Notes: generated by a model not told the origin, from the sequence alone. A DNA stretch of 63,083 nucleotides, filler included, from Platydemus manokwari (GCA_037951405.1; 5 parts of 5 records of this genome joined end to end with filler, not necessarily neighbours in it); one strand, 5' to 3'. Positions 40,465 through 54,300 are shown, counted from the first letter of the whole stretch. Made by a program: numbers and translations.

Positions 40465-43041
40465 ATGAAATTTAAAAATTTAGAAAATGAATCTCTACTT
40501 GTAGATATCAAAGAAGATGATAATATTCAGCAAGTAATTACGAAATTGGCAGAAAAGCTTTCAGTAGAATATGAAGACATCATATTGATGTATAAAAATG
40601 TACGTCTTGACATTGATAAATGCTTAACTCAGTATAATATTGGATATGAGGATTTTGTTTTGGTACTTCAAAACAGGTAAATTAAAGGGATGTCATTTTA
40701 TGATTGCTGCTGTCTATAATTTATTTATATTTATTTATGATTTAATTGTTCTTGTGGATTATTGGTCTTAAATATGAGTTCTTACTTTATCTAGGTAGTT
40801 TAAATAATTATTTTGTACAGCTTTGATCATTGGCTTGAAAAATCATTAATATTTTAATAATTTCTTAATGTTTTAATGCATTCTAAAACCTGCAGTCGCA
40901 AGCACTCTAGAAGTCCCGTTTCCGTTAAAAAACCATCTCAAGTTTTAAAACATGTAAAGAAAATCGATAACGATTATCCTCAAATGGAAAGTGAGCACGA
41001 TCTCGGAGACATTTTAAAGTAATTGTTCAAGGTATGATTTATGTGACAAATAAATAACAGGAAAAAAGAAAAATCGAATTTGTCATTATCATTAAAGTGT
41101 GTTAATCCAAATTATAAAGCTTTTAAATTCAAGATGGAAAAAGGAAAGAATATTGATTATTTTTTAGATTATTTGTCGAAACAAATCAATGTTCCATCAT
41201 CTAATATCAAAGTTTTTAAGGATAAGAATCTAAAAGGTGCTGTCAGTGACAATATAGATATTAATAAAATATGGAAATCAAATAAATTTAAACAGAAACT
41301 TTATTATGATATTATACCAAGGTAAAATTATAACTTCAACAAACGTTATTAAACGATTCTCAGTGTTGATAATCTCATTAAACAAGAAATGCTCGGTCAA
41401 GGAGCATTTGGACGAGTTTACAAATGCGTCGAAATCGGGTCTCAAAAAGAATTTGCTTTGAAAGAATTTCGAATATCACAACAGAAATCGTTTGAATTAT
41501 TAAAATCTGAAATCGATATTTTATTAAAAATCGGTGATCATCCAAGGATTGTCAAAGTGATCAAGAAAATTGAAAAAGAGAACAATTTATACATATTGAT
41601 GGAATATGCGCCCAGAGTATCATGATTGTGTTTGTATCGATTGTTTGTGTTGAACTATTTGTAGGGATCTCTCGGAAGATATTGTAAAACTGTAGGTCCT
41701 TTGAATGAAAATAAGATTTCCAAATATAGTTATCAAATATTAGAAGCTTTGGAATATTTGCATAAGAAAAAGGTTCTTCATCGAGATATCAAAGGTACTT
41801 TGTTTATAAATCATCATTTATTTACATTCACATAGAATCGAGAGATTTCAAATTAATTTTTTTTAGATTTTATCTCATACAACTAATAAGCAAAATAATG
41901 AAGAAGTCACAGAGCTGAAATATTGGTAATCTCAAATAAAAAAATTGAAATTTAGTCTTTTGTATTTAAAATGTATTTTCTTATGTGAAATACAAGATTT
42001 GTATTAATTTTTTAAATTGTTATTATTTTTCGAACTAGAATTCATCGAACTATTGATTTGTTACTGCAAATGTAGTATTGATGTTGTAATTAATGATGAT
42101 AATTTATAAGTGAATTTAAAGAAATAAGTAATTGCATCAAATAATCTAATAAAACGATTATAATTTTTAACTTAATTTTTAAAAAGTCGTTAGTTTTTTA
42201 TTAAATGTGGTAACTAATAATTTTTGTTTATTACTAATATATATATATATATATATATAGTTTTCATAAATTAATAAAATGAAAGATTTTTATTAGCATT
42301 GATTATATCTAATAAATTTCCAGATAAGCGATAAAATCAATGAAATTTTATGATTGCTTTCAGAATATCAAGTCTGTTCAGATAATCCACTGAAGAGCAT
42401 AAAGCTGAAATATTGATAATCTCATAAAAAATTTGCAATTTTATTCTAGCAAAATTTCAAGAAATCAATATTAATTGAAACTTCAGACGAAGCACCTGAT
42501 CACTTTGTTAAATCTAATGTAACATTGACTCCTGCATAAATTGTTTCCTTGAATAGTTTATTTAAAATGTAGGAGACAACATCTTGATATTTGAAGATGA
42601 ATGTTTAAAATTATGCGATTTCGGTTTGGCAAAAATATTGACAGATATCGCTAGTGCCGATTTATTGAATGGTGTTGCGCAATCGAATGTCGGTACTGCT
42701 AATTGGATGGCACCAGAAGTTATACGTGAAGAAAATTATGGATCTTCTGCAGATATTTGGTCTTTTGGTGCTACAGTTGTAGAAATGTTAACCGGTAATT
42801 TGATGATAGAATGAAAATGGTTTTGAATTTATTTATAGGAATGCCTCCGTATAATGGGTTGAGTTTATATCAAATAGTTTACAAAATTTGTCAGGACAGG
42901 AAGCTGGAATATATTGAACCTGAAAATCTGAGTCGGCAGTTGAAATCATTTTTAGATTCTTGTTTGCAAGCTAATCCACGTGACAGACCTCAGGCATCAG
43001 AACTATTAAAACATGAATTCGTTACTGTTGTCAAGAGATGA
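40465..43041 (+). CDS. STE11/MAP3K-like Ser/Thr kinase with N-terminal ubiquitin-like domain(s), 7 exons, 467 aa
   Basis: Exons 40465-40676, 40896-41018, 41061-41321, 41364-41616, 41665-41794, 42573-42794 and 42839-43041 join with GT-AG introns into an open 1404-nt frame. Motifs: LGQGAFG, FALKE, MEYAPRGSL, HRDIKGDNIL, DFG, GTANWMAPE, DIWSFG, TGMPP. Confidence 0.93.
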
Positions 43042-45049
43042 TTTATTCTATCATTTTTTTTAAATAAAATAATTTTTTATTGATATAAGTTGATTGAATG
43101 CATAAATGCCAAATATTGATTGATTATATTATATTTTGTTTAACTGGGCCTGTATAGATAATTAATGCACTTTTGAAAAAAATGTAAATCTAGACTCTTA
43201 ACTATTAGCGATAAATGGTCACATGATTGATTTGTTGTATGTAACAGGATGTTAACTGTAAATTTTCGCCGATTTTGTTGAATGCAGCAGTGAAGTATAA
43301 AAATAATATAAAATATTTTTTGATAAACGCAAGAACTAATTTTACAATCTTAGAATTATTAATAAACAATATATCTAATTTCGTAAATATCGTTCCTTTG
43401 TTGTATTATAAAATACTGCATCTTTTTATTAGTTGTGACAAAATGTTGATATCCATTACTTCTTTGATATGAATGATGGATTTGCGAAATCATAGTTTTT
43501 TTTTTAAACAAGTATTGTCTTTTATTGATTAAATAACGTAATTAATTTCAATCAATTGAGTAAAAATAGAAATGTATTACTAATGGTGACAATATTTAAT
43601 AAAAATCTTCAAGTATGCTCTATTGACGTATTAAGTGATAATAAAATGTTATAATTTTAACGTTGACTAATTGTGTGTAATTTGATCACTAATAAATGGA
43701 TTGTTGATTAAAAAAGTTCCGGTGCTAAGATGCAACAACTTAAACAAATGTATTCTTATTTGTTATTTTTTGGATGGTTTATTTAAAAATATGATAAATA
43801 ATTAAAATTAACATAAGATTAAAATTATAAAAACTTGAGTTAAAAAATATTTTACAAAAAACTATATTAAAAATAAATATACGATATTGATATTTATAAA
43901 ATGATCTGGCTTTAAAAAATTACTTTTAACTTCTCTATTTTGAAAAATTATTAAAATTATTAAGAGTAATTTTAAATTAAAAAAGATGTAAAATAAAATT
44001 GTGATCATTTTTAGTTGAATTAAAGAAGAAAAATCAGATGGAAATAAATTTTAAATATATTTTTGTGCTGGTGAAAACATGACTTTTGGTTGAAAAATTA
44101 AAGACGAAGAAATTTTGGCAACTAATTTTTTTAATGGATCTATGATATATAATTCTGGAAGGAGATTAGTTGTTTCAGGTATGTGTACTTGAAAGTTCGA
44201 TTTATGATAGTTATCGGATATTTTATTATAAATAACTGTCTCATCCATTAGGTTACCACAGTAATTATAAAAAATTATGGTCATGGTGGTTCCTGATTTA
44301 AAATTTTGTGATTTGAGTAGGATTGTTTTTGACATACTTTATAATAATATTTCTTTGATTTAATCACTCACACACAGATCTTAACTTAGATTTATTTTAA
44401 TTCAACTTTAATTTTTCTATTAATTCATTATCTACGTTGAATTATTTTTCAAATATCACAAAAAGTGAGAATGAAAAAATTACTGTAACAATAATATCTA
44501 CAGAGATGTGGGTAAATTCAATGCTTTGTAAGACAACGCTACTTAGAAAAATGAAAAAATAAATGAAATAAAATTTTTTCCCTGAATAATAATCGGTAAT
44601 AGAACATTCTTTCAATTAGAAAAATGAACAAATTGAATTTAAGCTGACAGAATGTAAATAGTGGCATCTATCTGTAACCAAATAAATTAAATCATCTAGT
44701 AGGCTCCTACTAATCTAGTCTTATTTTAGATTTGAACACATACGATTTTCCAACTATTTTAATATTGCGCAGTAATTTTGAATTCATGTGAATATTAAGG
44801 TTGGAATATTAGTAAATTACTCTTTCTATACTTTCATTCATTACAATTTGGTGGCATTAGTTCCTTTCATGTCTTTTTCAGCAGTTTTATGCAGGTTTAT
44901 TATAATGAAATAAAGAACTAGAAAAGACTGGAAGAACACCAACGAAGAAAATTTTGTTTGCTGAAATAATCTTCCGGAATTTTTAGTGTCTTATTATTCA
45001 AAGATAAATTTTGCAACTTTAATTTGCTAACGTTATCATTAAACAAAAT

Positions 45050-45960
45050 GTTTATTAACAAAATATTTATTATTAATATTAATGAAAAAACATTGGCAAA
45101 ACAAAGCTACTTTTGACCCAAGAATTCAACTAATATGCTGGTTTAATGAATTTTCAAAGCAAGGACTAGTACAGAATAATGGGTTATTTGTTAAAGATGT
45201 TGAAAGTTATGGAAGAATATATTTTAGAATCTTTAACTTATCTGGACTCTAACAGATAAGAATTGTTGCTGCAAATTAGTCCCCAGATCATATTAAAAAT
45301 TGTCTTTAAAATATAAATACTAATCATAAAATCAAACAAATACAAAATTATAGACTATATTTGATTTATTGAAATAATTTAATAACACCAGCAAGAAAAA
45401 TATAACGCTATTGTATGAGCACAATACTCTCAAGATAAAAGCAAAAGGCTCGTTGTCTAGGTGTTGGTACAGGTCTCCCTTTAAAAAAGACGGTGGGGAA
45501 GCAAGTTTGTGTATCTTATTGGATTAGAAAAGACCACAAGGCCAAGAGTTTTGAAGAATCAAAGATACGAAAAAAATTTCCTTGAAGCTTATCAAAGAGT
45601 ATTAAAGATGTCTGAACCGCAGATGTAATACAATTTTTTTTAAGATATATAGTAAAAGTAATATTGTTTACACGCTTGAGGAGCTGTAATCATATCAAGT
45701 TATGTACTAACATACAAGGAAATGTGATTGTATGCTCAGCAGTAGTCCTTCGGCCAGTAACGCAGAATTGTCCTTAGGGTAGATCCAACGTTGTTGATAT
45801 CCAAACTTATATTAAGGGCTTGGCTCTAGTGTGGATACCAATTCGATAAAGTTGTAAAGCTTTTATAAAAATCATTTTTAGTGAAGCATACCTGATTACT
45901 TATTTGGTGTCGAATGATTTGATGGAAACTTGTTTGGTGATGATTGATAGTGAATCAACG
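45050..45960 (+). mobile_element. Degenerate gypsy protease/RT relic
   Basis: KATFDP (protease-like) and LKKDGGEASLCI (~45480; cf. KKDGxxRxC); many stops. Confidence 0.35.
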
Positions 45961-46039
45961 ATTTTTCAACCGTTAATTAACTATATATTTAAATGAGTTG
46001 CTGTGAGCTAGAGATTGATGTTCCCACCAATATCTGAAA

Positions 46040-46760
46040 CTTCACAGATTAATAGGTTGCGTGAAATGAGTTATGTAATAATATGAATAAGAATAACAAT
46101 AATATGATAACAATACTTTATTATAGTAAATATTAACAAATGTCTGATGCTTTATGGTTAGAAAGAGTAAGTTGTTGTGCCCGGAAGTTTTATCAGTAAA
46201 TATCAACCGCCGGAGGGAACTAAGTGGCGCCCCATTGAGGTATGAAAACTAAAGAAATAGTGATTTTAAACTCACAAACTCTGTTACGATTTTGTGAGGA
46301 TTTAATGTTCACTGACAACAAATCTCCTTTCGGAGAATGATATCAGGTGAGTGAAACAATAACAAATTTTTACCATTTGAATAATATTTGCACTGATCAA
46401 GAAATAACAATTATTGCCGGAGGCTTGAATGAATGCTTGATTATTTGCTTGTTAACTTGAAGTTGAATCCCGAATTGAATATTTGAACTGAAATCCCGAA
46501 CTAGATACTTGACTTTATAATCACTGTGTCGTGAGAAATTGTGGCGAAAATACTGAATTTTACTTCAGTATTTATACGGATTTGGAATGTGGGTGAATGA
46601 TTAATTTTGTTCCTGATTTGTGGGTTTCCTTAGTAATATTCACCGTTGTCATGGCAATTTGTATTTAAATTTGAATTTCTATGGCTATATTTCGGATTGC
46701 CATGACAACGTGGATTAATAATTTGTCGAAAAAATTTTATATCTATTATTAATATCATTC
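46040..46760. repeat. Repeat family C copy (LTR-like, ~0.7 kb)
   Basis: Colinear with the reverse complement of ~58180-58900 (acagattaa.aggttg, tctgatgc, gaactaa, atgaaaact, aatctcct.t.ggaga, atgattaattttg, aacgtggattaat). Confidence 0.8.
46624..46710. promoter_or_regulatory. Cluster of RFX X-box-like motifs inside repeat family C
   Basis: GTTTCCTTAGTAAT, GTTGTCATGGCAAT, ATTTCTATGGCTAT and ATTGCCATGACAAC compared with the X-box consensus GTTGCCATGGCAAC. Confidence 0.5.
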
Positions 46761-47189
46761 CACCCACACGCCTACATTTTAATTAATGTGGGTTTTCAGT
46801 TTGATTATTATTATTATTATGTATTATCTATTATTATGTAATTTATAGGCTTGCAGCCTGCATGGGTATTATCCCGTCAGTAGGACGAATATTAGGTTTG
46901 GTGAAGTTAAACGGTAAATAAGTTGGGTGGGTAATCCCAACAATTTTAATACTATTTGAGTTTATCTTATGATCACTGTAGTCTTGATCAGTCTCAAAGA
47001 GTTCTGGTTCAAGTTCACAGGTACAGTTATTAACCGTAATTTTTTGTATTTTCCCTCACGCAACAATATTATATGATGACAGTATGTCCAGCAACAATGA
47101 TACTACATATTTCAATTTAACAGCCACAATATATACGGGCACCCTTATTTATATCAAATTTAACTAATATTAACTTCTTAATCAATAAA

Positions 47190-47500
47190 AAACCACTTGA
47201 ATACTCTGAAGTTTATTGAATAAGACACCGATTACAAATAAAAATATGAAAATTACACTTAACAATGATTTTAAAACGATGGTATACACTTAACTTTAGA
47301 CGATAGCTTTAACGAAGTTCTGGATTGAAGAATGGTTGGTAAACTTCTTCTCCTGGGGCAAAACCAAATACTTGAAGAGTTCTTTTTGAGATAAAGCTCG
47401 GTATTAAAAAATATACGATAAATATATAGTAACGATCAGTTGGTTACAATAAAGTCGAACTCACATTTACTTGTAGGCTTTGCAAATATATCTGCCATGC
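47190..47500. repeat. Repeat family A partial copy
   Basis: gtttatt, gacacc, ctggat, ggtaaac, aaccaaatac and acgataaa are colinear with ~1255-1480. Confidence 0.6.
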
Positions 47501-48947
47501 AAATTTACGAAGATAACACGTCTTCTGCTGGTTTCCAAAATACACTAGGGCAAACCTCTAATGATTTTAACCCATATTTATATATTCTGATGATCAAGCT
47601 TTATTTTGTCTCATTATTTGTTCATTTTGTTACCATTAATTTTGATCTTTAATTCTATTGTTATTATTTTTTTGAATATTGTATAAATACTAAATTATTG
47701 CTGATATTTTCTTTTTAGCAATAATAATGAACTAACTGAATTTTGTTATTGTTGTCTTTCTTTCAATATTATTACAAAATATTACTATAATTTATTAACT
47801 ATTTATAATAATAATTATTATTTTTCTAATTAACTTCTTACTAATTATTCAAACCATACGATGTCACGACTTTTCATAAATAAATAACACTAAAAAGTTT
47901 TAATTCGATACAATTGTGGATGTTCCAATTACCAATGTACAGGTAACAATAATTGCTAACAAAATGATAACCGGAACGATCGATGGCCTAGAATGTTTCA
48001 TATAACCAGAGTCAGATGATGAAACGAATAACCAGTGGGAAAAACGAACATATCAATCACGAGATACTGTGACAGTGTTAGTAAGTGTATTATTAGCAAA
48101 AATCTCGTTCTAATAAAAATTATTTCTCCGAAGGTACCTTGCAGTAGATTTATTTTATTCGGAAATTTTATTGTCAACTCTGAAATGCTTAGTGTTAAAT
48201 TTTATTTTATTTCCAGTAGAAGTGTCATTTAGACGAATTTTAAATTTTCTCTGCATATTTCAGCCATGATAAAATTGATAAATGAAATCGGGTTTATGAG
48301 TATAATTTTGATTTGAATTCAAGGTGCTAATGTAATGAACAGGATTGATCAGCAACTTTCAGAAATTATTTTACAATTGAAAAACAAGGTTTTTAATTAT
48401 TTGTGGGTGTTTTATTAATAAATATTATAAAATTAGCCTTAATTTGTTTTTTCCTTAACGAGAAGGTTCTTAAGGAATTCAATTTTGAATAACTTACTTT
48501 TATATTCCAAATTACATGTAAACTATTTATGATATTATAAAAAAGTTATATTTGAGTTATGAAGTTCTTCAGTAAATCAGGTAATGATTTAAATATGTTT
48601 ATATTATCCACAGGAAAATTCCGCTAAATATGAATATAATAAAATAAATTTAAGACATGAATACTAAAAAAATAAAATAATTAAATGATGAAATATTTGG
48701 TTGTAAAAATTCGATCTACCCCATAAACAATTTAAATAAATAAAATATTTTATAATAAAATTATTGATTATTTTATGTAGTAAAATAATTTATTTAAAAC
48801 GACGAAAAAATTTCCAATGATTTCATGTATTGAACTTAAAAAAAATCAATACAAAAGTGACAAGACAAACAACTTTCATCAAATTCTTAAACTGAAAATA
48901 ACCTTGAATAACACTGAATAAAAATTGGCATCAAAATATTACAAGTC

Positions 48948-49142
48948 TCATTGTGAACTATTTATATTGTTTGAAAAATGACAACATTCACCATCATAAT
49001 AAGATTTCTTGCTTAAATTTATTCCAACAGCCTCCACAATGAATCCGATTGACTTCAATTCTTGATGGTCCAAAATCAATCTCCCGTCGAATATATATGG
49101 AGGATGTTTCATCTTTTCGTAGACTTGTTTAAAATCAACACT
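48948..49142 (-). CDS. UGDH: UDP-glucose 6-dehydrogenase, terminal exon only
   Basis: After a ttag acceptor it reads SVDFKQVYEKMKHPPYIFDGRLILDHQELKSIGFIVEAVG...*, matching the UGDH C-terminus (LDYxxI...MxKPAFIFDGR..LD..L..IGF). Upstream exons were not found before the contig end. Confidence 0.88.
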   Translation of the reverse strand, partial: SVDFKQVYEKMKHPPYIFDGRLILDHQELKSIGFIVEAVGINLSKKSYYDGECCHFSNNINSSQ

Positions 49143-49688
49143 CTAATGAATTACCGTTATCAGTGAAGTATGAGAAATAAGGTATTCCATGAATATAAAC
49201 ATTTATGTTAAAATGTGTTTATTAAAGGTTTTGACAAAAAGAATTACATACGAATTATGACAAATATAATTCTAGAATATATTTGGAATTTTAAACTGTA
49301 AGATAAATATTAAAACAGCTAAAAATAGAGATTTCAGTGCAAATATACCAGAAAGTTTTAAAAATACAATCATGTTTTGATAATAAATTAGATTATAAAA
49401 TTTTGCAATAGAAATAATAATATGAATCTTCAAAAGAATTTCAATAGTCGTTCGAGAAAGCATTTATTTAAAAGAAATGACGAAGAACTCTTAAATGAAA
49501 GACTGATAGAATATCATTTGTTTATTAGTTGATCCAAGGTCAATTGATCTCACTAATTTCTTTGGTGAAGAAGTTAATTTCAACATATTAATACTTATAA
49601 AAAATAACCTATTGGATCAAGTGAGACATCATATTATTGGTTGAGTTATATCAACAAAACTTCATCGATTATTTTAGTATAGAATATA

Positions 49689-50966
49689 TAGGGGCCAGCA
49701 AAAAACATTTCGTTTTTATCAGTAAGAAAATATCTGAAGATCAAAGTTAAAATTTTCTAGGTAGATCATTAACAAGACTAGAAAGTTCAAGATTTAAATT
49801 TTAAAAAATCGATTAGAGTTGGTTATATGATTTAGCCTGAAGGCAGAGCAATGCGACATAAATTTCATCGTTGCAACTTTAACAAGAAATAACTTTCCGG
49901 TCTCCGAAATCCATTGCTTTCTTGTCGAAAGTTGAGTAGCAGAAAACGCTGTCAGCCTTCGGAAAGTACAGCAGATTACCAAAATGTTTGTAGGAGAACG
50001 GCAAACACTTTTCGAGTGAAAAGAAGGTTCAGAAAGACTAAGAACGAGCACTGCAGAAGAGAATGTAGTTATTGAGCGTTAAATGATTGAAGAAAATTGA
50101 CACATAAGCTGTCTAGCCATTTCAAGAGTCACTGACATTAAAGAAACGACTGTTCGCCGCATATTGAAACGAGAACTTTAAAGAAGTCATTTTGCAGCAA
50201 ATGGATTTCTCACATTCTGACGAATAATAAGAAGAGAGTCACTCACTGTTAAGAAATGTTGAATGTTTATTTGACAAGAAAGACTAAGGAAAAGATCTTT
50301 GTGATTGATGAAAAAGGATTTACCTTCGAAACGTACCTCCAAAAGAATGCAACCGTGTTTTGGTGAATGGCACAATATCTGATCGTAAAGTTCTGATTAA
50401 TGTTGCCAGCAACTATGCAAAATCACTCACGTATTTTGAAATTCTTCACGATGGTGGATTCATCAACACTAAGAGATACCTACAATTCTTCAGAATATGG
50501 TTTTAAACTTTTAAACAAGACTAACTGCTTCGGAAATGATCATTCAGCATGACAATGGCGGGCCTCATGCAGCGCAGTTGATTCGACTTTGGCTTGAAGA
50601 ACATCGCGTGTCTCTGTTAAAACAGCCGGCTTACCCACCCGACACAAGTCTCGTAGGTTGCTTTATCTTCAGGAACTAAGAGTGCTATCGACATGGAAAA
50701 ACTTCAAAAATTCAGGAGAAGTGAGCAACCATTTCGCCAATATTTGAAGTCAACATAGAAGGCCAAGCTCACAAGTGAGTTTCAAAATTTTACACGTCAC
50801 CTTCAGAGCGTCATTGAAGCTGATGGAGACTATGTTTAGGCTCTCTTATGGTTTGCTAACATTTTTAGTATAATTGCACATGTGATTTTCACAAATAAAT
50901 GTTTTAAATTGTATTTTTTTTAGATTTCACCGACATAGAAAAACGAAATTTTTTTGCCGGCCCCTA
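49689..50966 (+). mobile_element. Full-length but inactive mariner (DD34D) element, ~1.28 kb
   Basis: TIRs TAGGGGCCAGCAAAAAACATTTCGTTTTT and AAAAACGAAATTTTTTTGCCGGCCCCTA with TA flanks. Transposase pieces: VIDEK, QHDNGGPH...QPAYPPDTSLVG (34-residue spacing, third D changed to G), VIEADGDYV*. Confidence 0.92.
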
Positions 50967-51227
50967 TATTTATAACTTCTATAATATTTTATTTTGCTAG
51001 TCATTGAGGATTTAGTTGAAAAATATTGTGTTTTTTGTTAATAAATATTATTAATAACATTCCATGAGCCAAGTATTCAATCTAATTATTGCATTATTTA
51101 TATTTTAGGAAATCATTTTTCATTTTTCAAAAAACATTAAACTCGAAGTTTAAAAATTTAACTGTAACTCATTCGAGACTATCTGTCTAAAAATCAGAAA
51201 AAATAACTTTAAAAGAAAAATTCTTAA

Positions 51228-51327
51228 NNNNNNNNNNNNNNNNNNNNNNNNNNNNNNNNNNNNNNNNNNNNTTAATTAATTAANNNNNNNNNNNNNNNNN
51301 NNNNNNNNNNNNNNNNNNNNNNNNNNN
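51228..51327. other. Artificial contig spacer
   Basis: Same 100-bp linker. Confidence 0.97.
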
Positions 51328-54300
51328 TTCTTTAAAAACATTTTGAATTTTTTTATTTAAGTACTTAAGAAGAATTTTAGTTGTTTGAAATCAAATATTA
51401 AATACACTAGAGCTTCGAAATCTCCTAAAATTTGATTATTTGAAAAATGAAAAAAGTAAGTCGAATTGCAACTTATTGAAAATTAACGAGGACCTCTTTT
51501 TAACATTAGATATTCTCAAGTTTTACAATTATTTTATAAAAATAAGCAATGATATTATTAAACATGTCTGTAATTAACTAAATCAATTTAGAATTATAAA
51601 AATTTAAAAGTCCAAATAATCATATAGAAGTGCTGTGATTAGAATGGGAATTTGGTTTTAAAATTATGTTTTTGTCACTATTAGACATCTTAAAAAATGA
51701 GATATTAACTGAATTATACGAATAAATCAAACATAGCATTTATATGTAAAATTAAGTTATAAAATTATCTCATGCGCGAAAATTCATTATAACAAAACTA
51801 GGTCAAAGGACCACTTTCTTAACTTATGCCAAATTATTTTAATTAATTCTTTTAATAATACCGATTAATAAATAAATTTTCATTTTAATAGACCTACTAT
51901 TATTATCTAATTATTATTATTATCTTTATTATTATTAATTTCCATATTCATTATTATATCGATTATTAATAAAAAATATTATCAAAGTCAAAAAATAAGT
52001 TTATTTTTTGCTCATAATATCCACAAACTAATTATCAACTATCGCTCTCCATTACTGGGCCTCACTGGGATATGTTGCAGTTGAATTTCTTGTTTTAATC
52101 AGTATGTGTCACAATCAATATCGACTTACCGTCGATTTATTATTATATTAATAATATCATCATTAAGGTTTTTTTTAGTTTTATTGACATTATTATTTAT
52201 TTAATCTTTAAAATTAATAGTGTCGTCGATAATGAATTCGTATATTTCAAAATGTCAAGCCAACCATTTTCATTATTACTAACATTTTATTGATAATTCA
52301 TATTATTTTGGTTTCAAATAAATAATCAATATTAATGAATGATTATCGTGTTTATTTCATTTTTAATACAGAATCACTGTTCGATATCGTATCAAGTTTT
52401 TCTCCTTTCTTACAGTCTTAAACAAACCTTTGAAATGCAAATAACGAAAATATAACGAAATGTGACAGAGAAAAATAAATCGGCTTATTTACTCCGCGAC
52501 ACTCATTCAATTTTTCAATGGATTGATTTACAATCTCTCATCTCATCACTTTATGTTTCATATTTCTAAATTTCTAATAATAGAATCCTTTTCTCTCACA
52601 AACGGTGACGTTTAATGTTAACAGATATATTCTTATTTTATTCTTGACAACGCATATTCGGTACAAGAATGAATAATCAAAGGCCTGGTTGTTTCTCGTT
52701 TATCTATAATCGTGCCACACCCAGCACCGAATGAGCCCCAAATTCAACATTTGGTGCACAATCAAGTTTTTATTTTAACTATAATTCAAATTATATTTTG
52801 AAAAAATATTATCTAACAAGGCGCCGAAATGGTGAATAATTGATTGATTGATTTTATTTTTTTAACATTCCATTTGGATTAATTTTTACAAACCCATTAT
52901 AGTAAATGTGCATATGTGTTTCTTAGTTGTCACAATCACTATTAAACCATCGAAATTTACGTTATTAATGTCCACAATTAGAACTTTATCTCTAAGAATA
53001 AAAACTACGTGACAAAGTCCAAATCAGTAAAAAATATTTTTCATTATAATTCGTTATTAATAAAGGAGAAAATAGATTTTATTCAAATAATTTTTATTAT
53101 TTTAAACGATAATAAAATTTATGATTACAATTGTAAGGTGGTGACCGTTGAATGATTATCTATTACTCATCATAACCAGATAGACTGTCGAATTCGTAAT
53201 TATATGATGCGCTTAGTGGCTAATAAAAAACCGAAACCACTGTACTTAATTTATAACTTATCTCTGAACTGAGAGCACCAACAATGATGGGATATCAACA
53301 TTATAACAATAATAATTTTATAATCGATAACAATAAACAATCCAAATAAACAAGCTATTCATTTCAATAATCGCTAGCCAAAAACAATGACTCGATTTAT
53401 GTGGTTGATTTGAAATATTTTATGAATACATAATGAGCATTCTAATTTAGATTGAATTTGTCAGATTGAAATTTTAATGACCTTTGGAAATCTCATTTTC
53501 TTTGAGAATACAAACAGATTCGATTGGCAAATCGGCTATTAGAGAGAAAATATGGCAAATTATACCGACGAAAATGCGAACATCAATTTGAAAAATTTGA
53601 TGCCAGAATAGAAAAAATTAGAGACAATTTTAGAGATATGTTATTAGATATATGAGAGCTATTTATTTACGCAATTTACTGTGACATACAGTTTTCAAAA
53701 ACAATGTATTGGAAAGAATTTGAAATGAATAACGATATTCTAGTGGAAATCTTTTCAAATCTAGGATAGCCAATTCATCATCACTCCACTTTAGATCAAA
53801 ATATGGATAAAATAAAAAAATAATCAAATAAGTAAAATTAATTAGGATATCTTGATAATGTATAATCAAAGTCGTAGACTCAATGTTGGATAATACACAA
53901 CTCTATTTTTAGACTTGAAATTAAAAATCGAAAAAATAACAGGCTGCTATTACTCATAGATTGCAGATAGATTTCTCGTCCAGTATCAGGAATAACAGTT
54001 TAAAACGAAATTTATCAATTTTGATAAAGTCGACATGAGGGATTGTCCTACCGCGTCCTGAAGACCTTGTTTATGTGAAATGAATATTGATATTTTTGGT
54101 GCTTTTTTTCACTAAGATTGATTTTATTATCTTATATTTTATATTTACAATTACAATTTTGTCATCAAATGAAAACATTGCCATGATTCACACATTATTT
54201 TATTATTCCGAGAAAAATAAATCAATAAATCAATACTAATCGATAAATGTTAGAAAATCAATATATACGAAATATCAATGAAATAATCGATGAAACATTT

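Noticed and set aside
41895-42445. Two ~55-bp similar segments (agctgaaatattg.taatctca) and a (TA)n run in kinase intron 5
   Set aside because: A diverged local duplication with no coding or splice signal; probably neutral.
44051-44335. 94-aa minus-strand ORF
   Set aside because: No recognisable motif or supporting exons; it cannot be supported as a gene.
10056-51327. Recurrent TTAATTAATTAA palindrome as a biological motif, and gene linkage across it
   Set aside because: It is always centred in 88 Ns with a total of exactly 100 bp, so it is an artificial linker. Adjacency between contigs cannot be trusted, and no cross-contig 'cluster' is claimed.
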